A stretch of 60,923 bases of DNA, the filler included, from Syncephalis fuscata S228 (lineage: Eukaryota > Fungi > Zoopagomycota): NCBI GenBank assembly GCA_025786725.1. It is 2 parts of 2 records of this genome, joined end to end, with 100 filler letters (N's around TTAATTAATTAA, not from the genome) between each part and the next. Parts side by side here need not be neighbours in the genome. Positions count along the whole stretch, not along the records: positions 1 to 30,926 come from JAHLTZ010000088.1; 1 more part is not named here. One strand, given 5' to 3'. Position 1 is the stretch's first letter. Each line of letters starts with the position of its first letter. The notes beneath the pieces were generated by a model. The model was not told where the DNA came from. It searched no databases and saw only the letters and a program-made list of their open reading frames with translations. The position numbers were made by a program, and so were the translations under genes. Positions 11,516 through 24,841 of the stretch are shown piece by piece.

Positions 11516-11951
11516 GGTTATCTGGATTAAATAGTTTAGAAATTACTGATTTGGCACTTATATTGTAGTCAATTATTATAATATAAAAACAGAAATCAAT
11601 GCTTTATTGATATTAGCATTGTCCAAATAAAGCCAATGCGTTTATTAAATAGGCAGTACCATGTGAATGGGAAGCATGTTGAACTCAAACATAGCGTCAC
11701 CTCCTTATTCTAGAATAATTTTTATTTACTTTTTTAATGTTTTGATCAAGTAAAATATCTTTTATTGGAGGTCACGAGTCAGCGGATATTATAAATTCTA
11801 TATATATATATATAGCAAAGAATAGTTTGCTATAAACCAAGTCAGCTGCTTTTTCGACTCTCCATAAACCATATCCCGCAATTATATCCTCCTCTCTACC
11901 ACCACATCGCAAACGATACCTCGGCTATACACAATTTACGATTTTATCACA

Positions 11952-13334
11952 ATGAACTCGAAAACATTGGCTGCTATCCTAGCAAGTTATGCATTGGTAT
12001 TGATTACCAGCATTCCAGCGACAACAGCCATGTCTATTCCATCTAATGGTAATTACAGCTTGTGTAGCATTAGTTGTAGCGCTAATTATATAGCATTATA
12101 GGAGTGATTGATGATTCGTTTTTTGTCGATCCCAAGCTTAAAACCATAAATATACCCGATATTCCTAAATTGACTATTAAAAAAGTAGTCAAAGGATCAA
12201 AGGATGCGTTTATAGCCAAAGGCAAATACGAAAACCAAGATGCATATGTTAAATGTGTTTTAAATGGCAACCTTGCCTTAAGCAACAAGGTTGCATTTGA
12301 TGTAAGCTGCTATAGTGAAATAAATATTATTTACTAATTGTAATTTAGAGATTAATAACTAAGAAAACACTCGGTGAACAGCTAGGCAAGCAATGGATTG
12401 CGACACCGTTAGCTGCCAAAAGCTTCCCAACTAGATACTGCTCTGTTTACGCTGATGCCGGTGAAACAACATTGGACATTTTCTTGGTAAATCTACCATG
12501 GAAAGCTCGACTTCCCATTCTATACATTGCTGCTAAAAAGATTATGGAAGGTAAAGTAGTGTAATGGTATTAATATACATAACACTCATCTTAATTACTC
12601 ATATTAGGCCTATCATTCTTACACAGTATCAATTTATCGCATAACAATGTTAAGCCAGAAAGTAAGTTTAATTTTATAGTAATCGCCATTCTTATTAAGT
12701 AAATTAAATCGCTTTAGACATTGTAATCGATGCCGAGACTGATAAAGCCAATCCAAGAGTTGCTTTTATTGACTTTGACTCTGTCATGGATTTAACCAAT
12801 CTAAATCAGAATACTGCTGCACTTTCTCAAGAATTACGTAAAGTTGGAACTGAAGGTTTTATTGCGCCCGAAGTAATTGGAGGAAAAGCTTTAAACCCAC
12901 AACTGGCTGATGAATGGAGTGCTGGTGCTACTATTTATACGCTTGTCGCAAAGGAAATGCTTCGTATTATCGATTACACCGAACAGCGCACGCATGCCAT
13001 GGAGTTTTTACAATATAATAAGGCTGCTCTTAGCAATACTAACAATTTACAAAAACTTGCTCAAGAAAATAATTCAGTTGCTCGTTGGAAATTTATTGAT
13101 ATTCAATTTATTCCCGACGCTACTTCAATTACACAAACAGCCTATGTATTCGACGTGATGATTCAATTAATAGATCCCAATCCTGTCGCTCGTCCGACCT
13201 TAGATCAGCTATTGGGTAAAACGCAAAAGAATCGTCTAAGTGGAATTCAAAATCAGCAATTTAGCAATACACTTGCTTCGCTCAAGTCTCTATCTCGGAT
13301 GTATCAAGTTCCCGATACCAGAGCATCTTTATAA
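11952..13334 (+). CDS. Secreted protein-kinase-fold protein, probable pseudokinase
   Basis: Signal peptide MNSKTLAAILASYALVLITSIPATTA, four GT-AG introns, AYVKC, catalytic loop SHNNVKPENIVI (no HRD Asp), DFD, VGTEGFIAPE, DEWSAG, DPNPVARPT. Confidence 0.85.
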
Positions 13335-13453
13335 GCAAGTAATGGCCGAGCATTTTACAAGTCTTTTATTGGCTATTTGGAACGTAATAAATGCAAACGA
13401 TTTTGATCATTAATAGCGTGTTATAAATGTATTTAATCAATGTTATATCATAT

Positions 13454-14482
13454 TTATTCATCAATAATGTCACCATACTGATTACGACGCATGTGGCCCG
13501 TTTTACGGACACGTTCAAAGTCTTCACGTGTGCGAGGAAATGATTCATCAGAATTGCTATTCATATTAGTATCACTTGTTGGTGCCTCACTCCAAACATT
13601 AGCTGTATCCGAGTTTTGTGCGCTGTTTTGATTCGACGATGGTTGTTGCTGCTGTGCACGCAAACGATCCCAAGCCGATTCGGGCTTGTTCTGAGAACGC
13701 ACTCTATGCCAACTAGATGCACCACTAGCATCACTATTTGCTGGCGGTGTTCCTCCTTGTGCTGTTGTGCCATCATTGGTATTTTCAAATCCAACAATTG
13801 GATCACTGCCATCTCGATCGACTGATGCATTTTGTAAAATAGCATCTGGTCCGGATGCTTGACCGGATGATGATCTGCGTTGTCTCTGTATCCTTTCGCG
13901 TATAATATCATCTCTAATACATACATTTAGTTGCATGTGCTTTAGTATATCCCTTTAACTTACCGTGCCTCTTTCAAAAGTTGGAGTATTTTTTTACTAT
14001 CAGGCAATTTATCAATTTCCCGTCTAGCCATCCAACCGCTAAGCATTGTACCAACTTGCAAGCCCATCATACCGGCAACTGGCAGTGTTATTGCCCAAAT
14101 ATTAATTGATTGTTAGTATGACGTACCTTTAAACGATCTATGATAGTCAAACTACTTACAGCCCGCAAAAAAGAACGTAGCAAAAGGTCGATAGCGTCGA
14201 TATCTAGCTAAAAATCAAAAATATTATTGGTATTTAAACCTTAAGCCGCACAATATTATCAATAAAAGCCTACCATAAAATATTCCGCTGGCAAAGCCCA
14301 GAATACCAGCACCCGTTACTGTATAGTTACGGTTATTCTTAATTGTTCTATTACATTACAAGATAATTACCATTGCGAACGGAATTGTCCCGAATACGCG
14401 CCAATGTAGCCTCCTCCTCGGGCGTAAGCTTGTGTTCTTTGATACGCTCAAAGAGTTGTTGAACAATAGGCATTGCCGACAT
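13454..14482 (-). CDS. OCIA-domain-like membrane protein
   Basis: Spliced: MSAMPIVQQLFERIKEHKLTPEEEATL..., two Gly-rich hydrophobic helices, SAWDRLR and C-terminal RRNQYGDII resembling the OCIAD1 NKYGD motif. Confidence 0.65.
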
Positions 14483-14779
14483 AGTGATTGTATAGAAAGG
14501 GAGAATAAAGTGTGTGTGTGTGTGTGTGTTATGGTAATTATTACATATTAATAGCTTTATGTTTTAATTTGTGTCACTTTTTATGATTGTCCAAATGTGT
14601 AATATAACTATTAATTGGATTACATAGTAAGAGTAGCTAATAAAGTATTGTGTTTATAGTAAATGAAAGAATAGAATTTAGTTTTCATAGCTGAACTTTT
14701 CAGTGTCGTCGTTTTCTTCTCTTTCAAACAAAATTTAATTAATTAATTCTTTTCTGCTTTTAAAAAATAATAAATAAAT

Positions 14780-15262
14780 AGCCGTTTTATGCCGTTTATG
14801 ACCTATATAATTAAAATATAGCAAAATAATTGTTAGATTTGAGTTCTCCATGCTTGGCTGTATCGTTAGGTATGATTTATAGAACAATGATTTTTGCAAA
14901 AAATATTAGCCAAAAATGTAATTTACGTATTTTTAATTCACTTAATAAAACATTGCTAAAATTATGTATAACTTTACGTATAATGAAGCAAATTGTCTGA
15001 TATTTTGCACAAATATGCACATAGCATATAAGTGACTATTGGCAAAGTGTACCGTTATCGTATTGCATTATGGTGTAATAACTGCAATAATACGCTAATA
15101 AATGTGCAAAACAGCAATTTTATGCTGTTTATGACTTATATAATTAAAATACAGCAAAATGATTGCTGGATTCAAGTTCTCCGTGCTTAGTTATACATAT
15201 TGGTATGATTTATAGAACAATAATTTTTGCAAAAATGTTGGTCAAAAATGCGATTTACGTGT
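14780..15262 (+). repeat. Dispersed repeat family C: two tandem partial copies, third copy at 46715-47010
   Basis: tttatgacctatataattaaaatatagcaaaat...gttctccatgcttggct...gatttatagaacaatgatttttgcaaaaa at about 14790 and again at about 15125. Confidence 0.8.
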
Positions 15263-16484
15263 TATTAGTTAATGAAAAGATTATTAGACTTCATGATTTT
15301 AGAAAAATTAATATTAAAAACTCGATTTGGATCAAGTAAATTTGAAGTTCTCTACAATATTATAACAATCATAACAGCAAGCTAGTATGAGGAAATACCG
15401 ATGCAAATTGACAATCTATGTCATATACATATACATAAAAATAATATATTTTGCTGTGATCATAGCTACCAGAAATAATAACATTACATTTCTACAATAA
15501 ACATATATGTTTAAAACAACGAATAGTTCAATCTACAATGCTTATAAATGTTGTGTATCAATGGTAAGATTTTAAGCATTATAAACTCAACACAATTATT
15601 CATTCTATTCTATCATTTATTCTGTAGTAGCCAAGTACTATTCATGACTATTGCCCGTTTGTCTCTAGTTCAATTATCAATAGACTTTGATTAACTCTGT
15701 TTATTGAGCCATATATACAGATGAAACAAACAATATGAGTATGCATAAACTTGTTGCTTAATTATAAATGTGTATTTGGTTAATCATTTATAACTATTAA
15801 TTGCTAAACTAGTTAACAGCAAATAAGTCGATATGGAACTGTAGAAATTTATAGAATAAGGACAATGCAAACATTCATATTGCAGTATCACGAAAATACA
15901 ACGATATGACGGTATCTATAATAAATGTATTTATATAGAATAATCATGCTAATGGATATAATGGCCAATATAACTCATTGCCCATGGTCATGTTTAATGA
16001 ATTGAATCGTATTAAATACAACCATTTGATCATTAAATCATATTATAATAATTAATAAATTATTTGAAGATTGTAAAATTATTTTTATTTAATTAATGAA
16101 TGATTAGTTATTATGTGCAAATATATTTATTATATATTTATTATTACAATTAACATTATTAAATGCTATAAAGTATATTGCTCATATTGTTATTGATTGA
16201 GATGCAAAATATAAACCTTTGCACCTACTTATTTAGTAGTTGTTGCTTGTGTTTAATAGTTTGCACTGATACTGTTTGGTAATATTATTGTATAACAATT
16301 TATTAATTGATCCAATATCCCTTTTTTAATTTTGCTGTTAATTAATAGCAATAGTATCAATTAATCTTGATGATGTCGCATCTAGTACTTATTTGTTGGT
16401 ATTGTTGTTATGGTATACCACCACGTACTTTGTATGATGGATACTGCAGTTGTAGCAGTAGCACATTACTTACTTATTTGAAGT

Positions 16485-16873
16485 GGGCGTATTAGTGTGT
16501 TAGCGGCCGACTACCTACAATTCTAAAATAATCAATACAATGTTAGTACGTTAGTAGACAATTGTCTTGAATTTATATTTTATATTTTGTTTTAGTGTGC
16601 TAGTGGCCGGCTATCTAAAATCTATAATAATCAATAAATGTTAGTGTTAGTATCCGGTATCTAAAATTTAAAACAATATATGTATAAAGTTAGTATGTTG
16701 CAATGTTGTGTAGCCGGCCGCTAGCACACTAAAACAATTTGGTGATTTTTATTTATGATATAAAGTTGTAATTAGCAATACAGGTTAGTAAGTTAGTAAA
16801 CAAAATCTAAATTTATCAATATAACATTGATTGCTATATTGCTTGGTAGCCGGCCGCTAACACACTAATCGCC
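16485..16873. mobile_element. MITE-like foldback element, about 390 bp
   Basis: Left ggcgtattagtgtgttagcggccgactacc versus reverse complement of the right end ggcgattagtgtgttagcggccggctacc; a nested inner inverted pair at about 16590 and 16710. Confidence 0.8.
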
Positions 16874-17079
16874 ATTGTCCTTGAACTTGACACTTGATGG
16901 CTTGTAAATCTAAAGTATTATATGCAGAGTTAGTGGCTGATTTAAGCTAGTTACTTACCATTGCATGACCAGTGCACCATAAAGAAGGACCGGTAAGTGG
17001 TTTATTAAAAGGAAAAAGGGAAAAGTAGAGTTAGAGGAGAGAAGAAAAGAGAAAGAGTTCGACAGCATATAGCCAACAC

Positions 17080-17360
17080 AGTTATCGTGCTGACGGCTGT
17101 CCGCAAGGCAGAGCGACACCACTAGCACTGCTATACAACCGTATAGAGGGTGGTATGCAAAGCCAGAAGGGGCATACTTATACCAGCCGTATAACAATAG
17201 TGACTATAACAGAAAAAGGACATGGTATACTTGATAGCATATATTGATCATAGCTAGCATACTAGCAACTGCCCACAAGGCAAAACAACACCGCTAGCAC
17301 TGCTGCATGGCGCCATACAGCAGGGCGGTATGTAGTACCGAGACTAGGCATGCTTATACT
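17080..17360 (+). repeat. Diverged tandem duplication, period about 175 bp
   Basis: ccgcaaggcagagcgacaccactagcactgcta...ggtatg...ggcatacttatac versus ccacaaggcaaaacaacaccgctagcactgctg...ggtatg...ggcatgcttatac. Confidence 0.7.
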
Positions 17361-17569
17361 AATAGACTAACCATCACATATAGCAAGCAAGGCATATACT
17401 GAACTTATGGAAACAAGTGCAAGTAGGGAAGGTGACTAGTGGATAAATGCTGTCAAGTGTGGAGGAAAAGAAAGAGGAACGTGTGACGCAAATCGTGTGC
17501 TATGCAATCGGCAGACTGTTTTTATAGTGTGGGTGCAAGTGCTGATGTAATATAAATAAACAATTATTA

Positions 17570-18490
17570 TGATTTTGTGGTCAAATGGCTATTTTTAATA
17601 AAATTCGCGTAATTGAACTGCACATTCAATCTATTGAACATGAAAACAAGTGGTGAGTTTTATTTAATCGTCAAATATTCACCATTATAAATTTTTTATC
17701 CAATATGTATATATCTAGTATACATATATATCATTAATATGTTTAATTAAAATTAAAAGCATAACTAATTGACATGATCTGGTTTATTTATGAACAATCT
17801 TAATAAAACATAACTCCGTTCATATTCATATTATTTGTTATACCAATATAACTCAGTGAACAAACTAAGTGCGGTAAGTCGATTTTTATTAATAAAAAAA
17901 GTTGGGACCATACTGACAACAGCTATAGACAGCGTATAGCCAATATATAATAAAACAATAAACATTATAATAAATAGACAATATTAAACGAGATTAGCAA
18001 TGTTGGAGCTAATGAGCATATATGCATGATCAATGAGCGGAATTAATCGACATTTGTTAATAATAATGCTAAGGCAAAAAAGTAGTTTTGAACAGAACAG
18101 GGCTAGTTGAGTATAGAATGATATATAAAATGACGTGTATACGGTAAGAAAGCATAAAAATAATATTAAAAGTTATAGTGCATATAATGCAATGAGCAAC
18201 ACAAGTGAAGTGTATAGGAACATATAAACAATAGAATGTATTTAGTATATCATTATATGCTATATAATAGTGCGGGCAGAATGATAATGATATAAGTGAC
18301 TAGAGTATATATGCGCATTGAATATATGCATACTGGATAATGAATCTACAATAATAAGTATTTTGGACTCTGATGTGAATTACCTTAGTTTCATGTTTAA
18401 TAAAAGAAAGTTTAATTTAAAAGTGTAAATATTATCAAGTTGCCATTTGACATCCAAGTCACATTAAATGACTAGTAAATTATTTGATGC
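17570..18490. mobile_element. Repeat family A copies as an inverted pair
   Basis: Forward copy about 17570-17720; long reverse copy about 18030-18490 mirroring 5265-5670. Confidence 0.65.
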
Positions 18491-18917
18491 TTGCAAAAGA
18501 AAAGTTGTATTCATTTAATTAAATAAATAAGGTGATATATACAATATGATAATACAAACCATAAATCGAGTAGAATTGTACATAAAAATACTATGAATAT
18601 ATTGAGATACAGATGAGGGCATTGTTTAAGGGTGGAATAAAAGAAAGAATAAAAGCAAATGCAATTATAGAACAATGTCATTAATAAAGCACTGAGTGTA
18701 ATAAAAAGAATAGATAACAAACAATAAAGACAAGCATATTTATAGAACAATGTCTTCAGTAAAACAATGAGTGTAATAAGAAGAATAAAAAACAATAGTT
18801 GAAGTTTGAGTTTCATATCTTTTATTTTCAAAAAAGTAAGAGGCTCACAGCAAAATAGTTTTATCTGGCTAAATAATCGATTTGCTACAGCCGACTGTTA
18901 CTTATTTTCTACGTTCA

Positions 18918-19644
18918 ATGGACTTTTCGGCCTTTCATGCTGCACACTTTAGTGCTAGTCAGCGAGCAGTATTTCAACAACTTATGAATCCCCAACAGCA
19001 AGGGAATGCGAATCACTCAACAGGAGTCGAGTATACAGCAACAACAGATGCTATACAGCATGATGAAGAGCAACCGAATAACAACGATTTTGTAAATACG
19101 TTAACCGAAGATGATGGGAACGAGAGCGAGCTTGTCTATGAAGATGATGATGATGACATAGTAGACAGCGATAGTATAAATAGGACTCGGAAAGGGCGGT
19201 TTGTACTATCGTCGGCTGCTATTGCCATGTTTGCTCAATCAGCAGCCTATCGCGAAGAATGTACAGTATAATAATATACTCTTATTGTATCTATACTCAT
19301 TAATTTTATCTTGTTTAATTAAATCCATAGTGCGCCAAGAGAAGGAAAGGGAAGCAGCCGAACAGGTACGTATTGAAAATCAAAGCGACGATGACGATGA
19401 CGCATCCGGCGAACGCCGTAAGCGCATGCGTAGTTGTCTTGAACCAAATCCACTTGATGACATGCCACGCGTCAATACAATGAGCGTTTATAAACAGCTC
19501 TATGGCACTACAGGTGCATTAGAGATTATACGACGAGAAACTGCACTCAATGCAGCCTATCGTGCTCAGTGCCAGCCATCAAGTCAAGGCAGTAAAAGCG
19601 GATCGACGGTTGTCGTATGGCCTGTTCTTCCACTTCATTGTTAG
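18918..19644 (+). CDS. GEMIN8: Gemin8-like SMN complex subunit
   Basis: Two exons (intron 19261-19330). AMFAQSAAYREE-RQ, YKQLYG..ALEIIRRETALNAAY and terminal WPVLPL parallel Gemin8 (FAETERHREE, KRLYG, WPVIPLK). Confidence 0.75.
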
Positions 19645-19974
19645 ATGATCAAAATAATCCACACCACGCATGTAACACCTGTTTTATAGTAAAGTTTTTT
19701 TTTCGTTTTTTTTTAATAGCTCCCCTATCGTGTATGGCAGCAGATTTAGATATTTTATGCAGTACTGACTATATTTAGTTTTATAATGCAGCAAAGCCAC
19801 GATATTCTCTAGCCGATTATAGATTACAGTTTTAGTTTAAATAAATTCATAATAGTTTATTATAATTGCAATTAGCTGTTTAAAGAATTAGCACGCCGCT
19901 GATCATATAATATGTTATGTGTACTATAACATTATTATACAATTTGATTTATTCTATTAACTATCTATTATCAT

Positions 19975-20275
19975 TTCGAGTCAAATGACTAATATTTAAT
20001 AATATTTAATTTATTGAACATGATGGTGGGTGGTGAGTGACATTAATCATCGAATACTCATCATCGTAGATTTATTATCCATTATACATATATCCTCTAT
20101 TCACCTATATCATTCCCATTCTATTCTATACTACTATATAGCATTATATAATATATTAGACACATTTTATTGTTTATATACTTCAACATACTTTACTCAA
20201 TACACTCATTATGTAATATATACTATAGCTTCAGCATCGTTATTCATACTTTTCTTGTATATTCACTATAATTTA
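19975..20275 (+). repeat. Repeat family A copy
   Basis: gtcaaatgactaatatttaataatatttaatttattgaacatgatggtgggtggtgagtgacattaatcatcgaatactcatcatcgtagatttattatcca, collinear with 5270-5560. Confidence 0.85.
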
Positions 20276-21833
20276 TTTTCAAAAAATAAATAGTTTTACA
20301 AAAATTGCTTCAAATGCTTCAACACCTTTAGTCAAGTCCATAGAACTTGAATGTAACAGCTTAAACGATGGCTGTTGATCACATAACTGCCATCTATTTA
20401 TCCAATAGGTGCCGATAATGTTATTTAGGTAATGATCACCTAACCAGTTGTAGTACCACGACCACTCGTTTACTTGTAATGCATGCTGTCCCCTTGACAT
20501 GGTGACCCTAACAGCAACAATGACAAGTTATTGGACCATTTCTCTGCGACTACATACGCATAAGGCTGGCATTATGGCTGTTTCTGTCGAGGCGTAACAA
20601 TCCTTGCACCCATCCCGTCTCATATGGTCTCCATCCAATCATTTTTGAATGAATCCGGTTTACGGCAATTGCTGTTATTTCCATACTCAACATCCGCTCG
20701 GACACTCCCACACACACACACACATATATATATAGTTATTCTTTACACTTCTTTTCACACGTTTGCCACCACTATTATTTTGTCGTTGTTGCTATTGTTG
20801 CGATCACTCTTTGAATGCAAAAAACAGCGTCCGCGTTCAGTTTTTTTGTTGTTTTGGGCTCGACCCACTTATTCTATTGCCTAGATTCTCCTCACGTTGT
20901 GCAGCGCATACTAAGGATTACGCTATTACTAAACGTCCGCCAACGTTTGCTTTAACAACACTTAACTTACGTGCGCAACTCACCCAACTTCTTCAGATCC
21001 TATTCCTCGACAACGACTCGAACGCTTTTGTCCTTTCTTCATCTTTTGGCATACTTCATCCACTGGCTGTTTCCCTAGTAGCAGCCATTCCGTTGCAGTG
21101 TTCGTGCCATTTTTCTGCAAGCTCTACGGCCTTTTCTTTCTATCCAGGGAACAGCTATTGCCCTGACGACGCCGTTCACGGATCTTAGGCTATTACGCGT
21201 AGATCACGGCTCTTGGTCTGCATTCAAACTATCTGCAACGAGTGCTAAGGCTAAAATAGCAGCTATAAACATAGTAGCGGTGATTGCGGCTGTAGTGTGC
21301 CCGTGTACCAGCGTGCGTTCGAGTGTGCGTGTGCGTGTGTGTACAGAGAAATACACCAAAGAGAGCGTTTCAAGCCAATTGTGGCAGCTTTCCTTTTATT
21401 TTCTCCTTTTCCAATCGACTTGTTAGCGGCTCTACTGCACGCATTTGCGTGTGTATAGGCAAATAGCAGCTATTAACGTAAGTACAAGCGGCAACAAACG
21501 ACGGGAAACGATCAGGAGTTGGCCATTATTGGACACTGATTCTTGCTCCTGCTTACTTGATTGCATGTGTCCCTTCTCTCGCGTTATTCAGAATCTACAC
21601 AACAAACAATAGTGACCGACTACTGACTCTAATATTGATTCATATATTTTCTTGTTCGCTAACTGTTTATCCATTCATATTTGTGTCTATTTTAGAAGGT
21701 CCTACCTTGATTATTGTTTATTTGCACTTTATTTCTGACCTTCAAGGCAGATTAGTCCGTTGGACTTGAACCTACCGATTGGACTACCGATTCAGTCTTT
21801 TTTTACTGGTTTATTTCGTTTTGTGTATCTACG

Positions 21834-24800
21834 ATGCCGCCTATTGTGCTTAAAATTAAAGGCAGCCGGCCTTTTCTTCCCTTCGCAGAGCTTGATAGCG
21901 AAGAGGATTTATCCAAAACATGGCGTGTGTGTACCAAAGTCAAGGACTCATTAGAGAATGGAAGCCGACTGGAAAATCTTAGCTGGCGACTATGGCATCT
22001 ACATCAACTAGTGGCGAGCGGTAAGCGGAAGCTAAACAATGAAGAAAATAGCGATGGCGCGTCGACTAGCAACACACAGAGCGGCACCGCGGGAACCAGC
22101 TCGTCGATGACGAATGATGTACCCATGATGCTGGACAGCATACCTGATCTTGGCGGACAATCGGTCGCGAATGGGACAGAATTAGATGTTGAGAATAAGC
22201 GATGCACCTTCCGTACACTGTCCAAGAATGCCACACGTATCTTGGATGGAGACGAGAATGCTGATCAACGAGACTTTGAAATGCGTGTACGCCATTTTAG
22301 TCCTTCTTCCGGTCGCAGTGCACGTTCTTCCAAATCACCCCAAGTTACAAGCAGTTTACCGACGGCTGATAATAACAGCCCAAGCATGCGGTGTCCGCCA
22401 GCAATGAATGTACAGCACAATATTAATGCTAACAACAATATTAGTAATGGTAGTAATGGCCAGTTTAGCTATACTAACGAAGTAGCAAACCAGCTATCGT
22501 CTAAATCAAATAATACACTTTGGCTTCAACAGGCATGTTCAATGCAAGCGAATGATATGGCCAATGCCCAAGCATCTGTTGCGTCAGCGGCAATGCCTAG
22601 TGCCAATCTACCTAATGGTATGCCCATTCCCACTCGTATTATGTCTCAGGCAAATCAAGGCCGAGCCATTACTACTACAACAAATACAATGCTACCAGCT
22701 CCATCGGCCGTTTATCCGCCATATCAGGCCTACACCGCTGGCAATGATCTTAGCCAATTAATGGGTGCAGCAGCCTCGATATTTCCACAGCTTATGGGTA
22801 TTCCTGGCCTAACCAATAATGTTGGTATGGCTAATAATGCGGCTCCACCGTTGGCTGGTACGGCTGCTGGTGTACTTTTGGATGATATGTTTGGTTCATT
22901 TCCAGCATCGGCGTATGTTGGTGATGTCAATCAACCGCCAACTATTGAAATACCATTGGAACAAGTACTAAATGCTAATGGAATTAACGTTGCGGCTGCC
23001 GCGGCAGCAGCAGCAGCAGCAGCCAATCCTGCTTGGTCCACTGCGTCGACACCATCGGCAACACAGGACCAAATGAATACCAATTACTTTGATGCATGGC
23101 TTAATGTCGCATCGGGTCGTTGGCCAGCTGGAGCAAATACTTCGCAGTCGACAAACACATCACCGCGGACAGCTGCGCAACTAGTAAAACTAGAAACACC
23201 GCTGACACAGCCATCATCAGCAACTACATCACCGAATCTAGTTTACAATACCGGAAATATCGCTACATCAAATAGACCCGATGCTGCTATACCATCTAAT
23301 ATAATGGGATCGGTCAGTACATCAGCCACCAGTGAGGCAACGGCTTCGTTAAGCGGATACACTACACCTACTACTACAACATCAGTTGGAGGAGAAAATC
23401 TATCTGCAGTTGTTAATGCTGCACGCCAGCTATTATCAGAACATGCTGAATCAGCAAATAGACTACCAGTGTCACCAGTTTCACTTACACCAGCATCTGT
23501 AACAAGTGTTAAATTAAACGATGGTAAATCTTCTGTATCATCACCGGCTACATTGGCAACGGCAACACCAGCACAGCAACAGCCAAAACAGACTAAGCAG
23601 AAGTCAAAGCCAAAGCCAAAGCCAAAGCAGCAGCAGCAACAACAACAACAGCCGCAACAGCCACAGCAACAATCTTTAGCTATGCTGACTGCATCCAATC
23701 TGGCCAAATCTTCAAATACAGCCAAGTCAATATTTCCTACCTATCATAATACTGAAGATTCACTAAAACTGTCAACATCAGTACCAGTCGTGCCAGGTAC
23801 TATAGCGACCAACAACAACGGTTTGACTACTGGAAACCAACCAATTAACATTATGGCAAAGCCGTCGGATCATATATCTTTGGTTACAGATCCAGCTCAG
23901 CTATTTTGTCGCAATTGTGGAGTTACATCGACCCCACTTTGGCGACGATCTATTAATGATGATATCCTATGCAATGCATGTGGTCTTTAGTAAGTTTAAT
24001 AATACTGAATTGTTAGGATAATTAATATTTACTAATAAGCATTGCTTACAGTATGAAATTACACAATATGGCCCGTCCAAAGTTGCGCAAAGCACAGCAG
24101 AAAGACTTGCAGCCAAGTATTGAGCATTGCGTTAATTCCAGTCCAATACCCGGCAACAATAAATCATCTGTGTTTTGTTCGAACTGCTATACAAATAATA
24201 CACCATTATGGCGACGTGACGACCAAAGCAACGTTTTATGTAATGCCTGTGGTCTATAGTAAGCCATTAATTAATACAATCATATTGCTACTGATACTGA
24301 TACTAATATTAATAATAGTCTAAAGCTGCATCAAGAACGGCGTCCACTTAGTTTGAAGACCGACGTTATTAAGAAACGTCAGCGATATGATACGCCTAAA
24401 AAGAGCAAGAAAGCAAAGACCGGTGAAGAGGCCAGCGAAGAGAATAGCGTTGAAAACAGTCCAGATCAATCATCATCTGGAACATCTTTACAAACAACGT
24501 TTATGGATACAAGTTCAACAGAACCATCACCATGCCATTCTCCGTCAACACAACCTATTGGTCTAACATCTGCAACATATTCACCGTTACAAAATCAGCA
24601 ACAGCAACATTCATTAAATATGCAAATTAAACAAGAACCCGTGCTAATGAATGGTAATACAGGCTTAACTAATTTGAATGGTGTTGATTTCCAAACAGCT
24701 ATTCAATCGGCAAACTTATATGCAACTAATGGATGGCCTACTACCACCACTGCTGCTAATGCCAATTTATTGCAGCCATCAACAGCATCGACCAGCGGTA

Positions 24801-24841
24801 GAAATACACCGTCAAAGCAACAACATACCGGCGTATCATAG
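21834..24841 (+). CDS. GATA transcription factor with N-terminal DUF1752 (AreA/Gat1-like) and two C-x2-C-x17-C-x2-C fingers
   Basis: [10 protein letters not shown]; [14 protein letters not shown]...LCNACGLY and [14 protein letters not shown]...[30 protein letters not shown]; introns 23990-24051 and 24259-24318. Confidence 0.93.

Noticed and set aside
18511-18831. Hydrophobic 106-aa ORF
   Set aside because: Arises from an AT-rich roughly 75-bp tandem duplication (18665-18795); no gene signals.
20624-21830. ORFs upstream of the GATA gene
   Set aside because: Non-ATG starts or low-complexity translation; more likely promoter and long 5' leader with an intron near 21478-21694.
23243-23725. Cys-rich antisense ORF, and similar antisense ORFs over PX, TSC2 and MYST genes
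   Set aside because: Shadows of low-complexity (poly-Q, Ser/Thr, Lys/Glu) coding sequence on the other strand.
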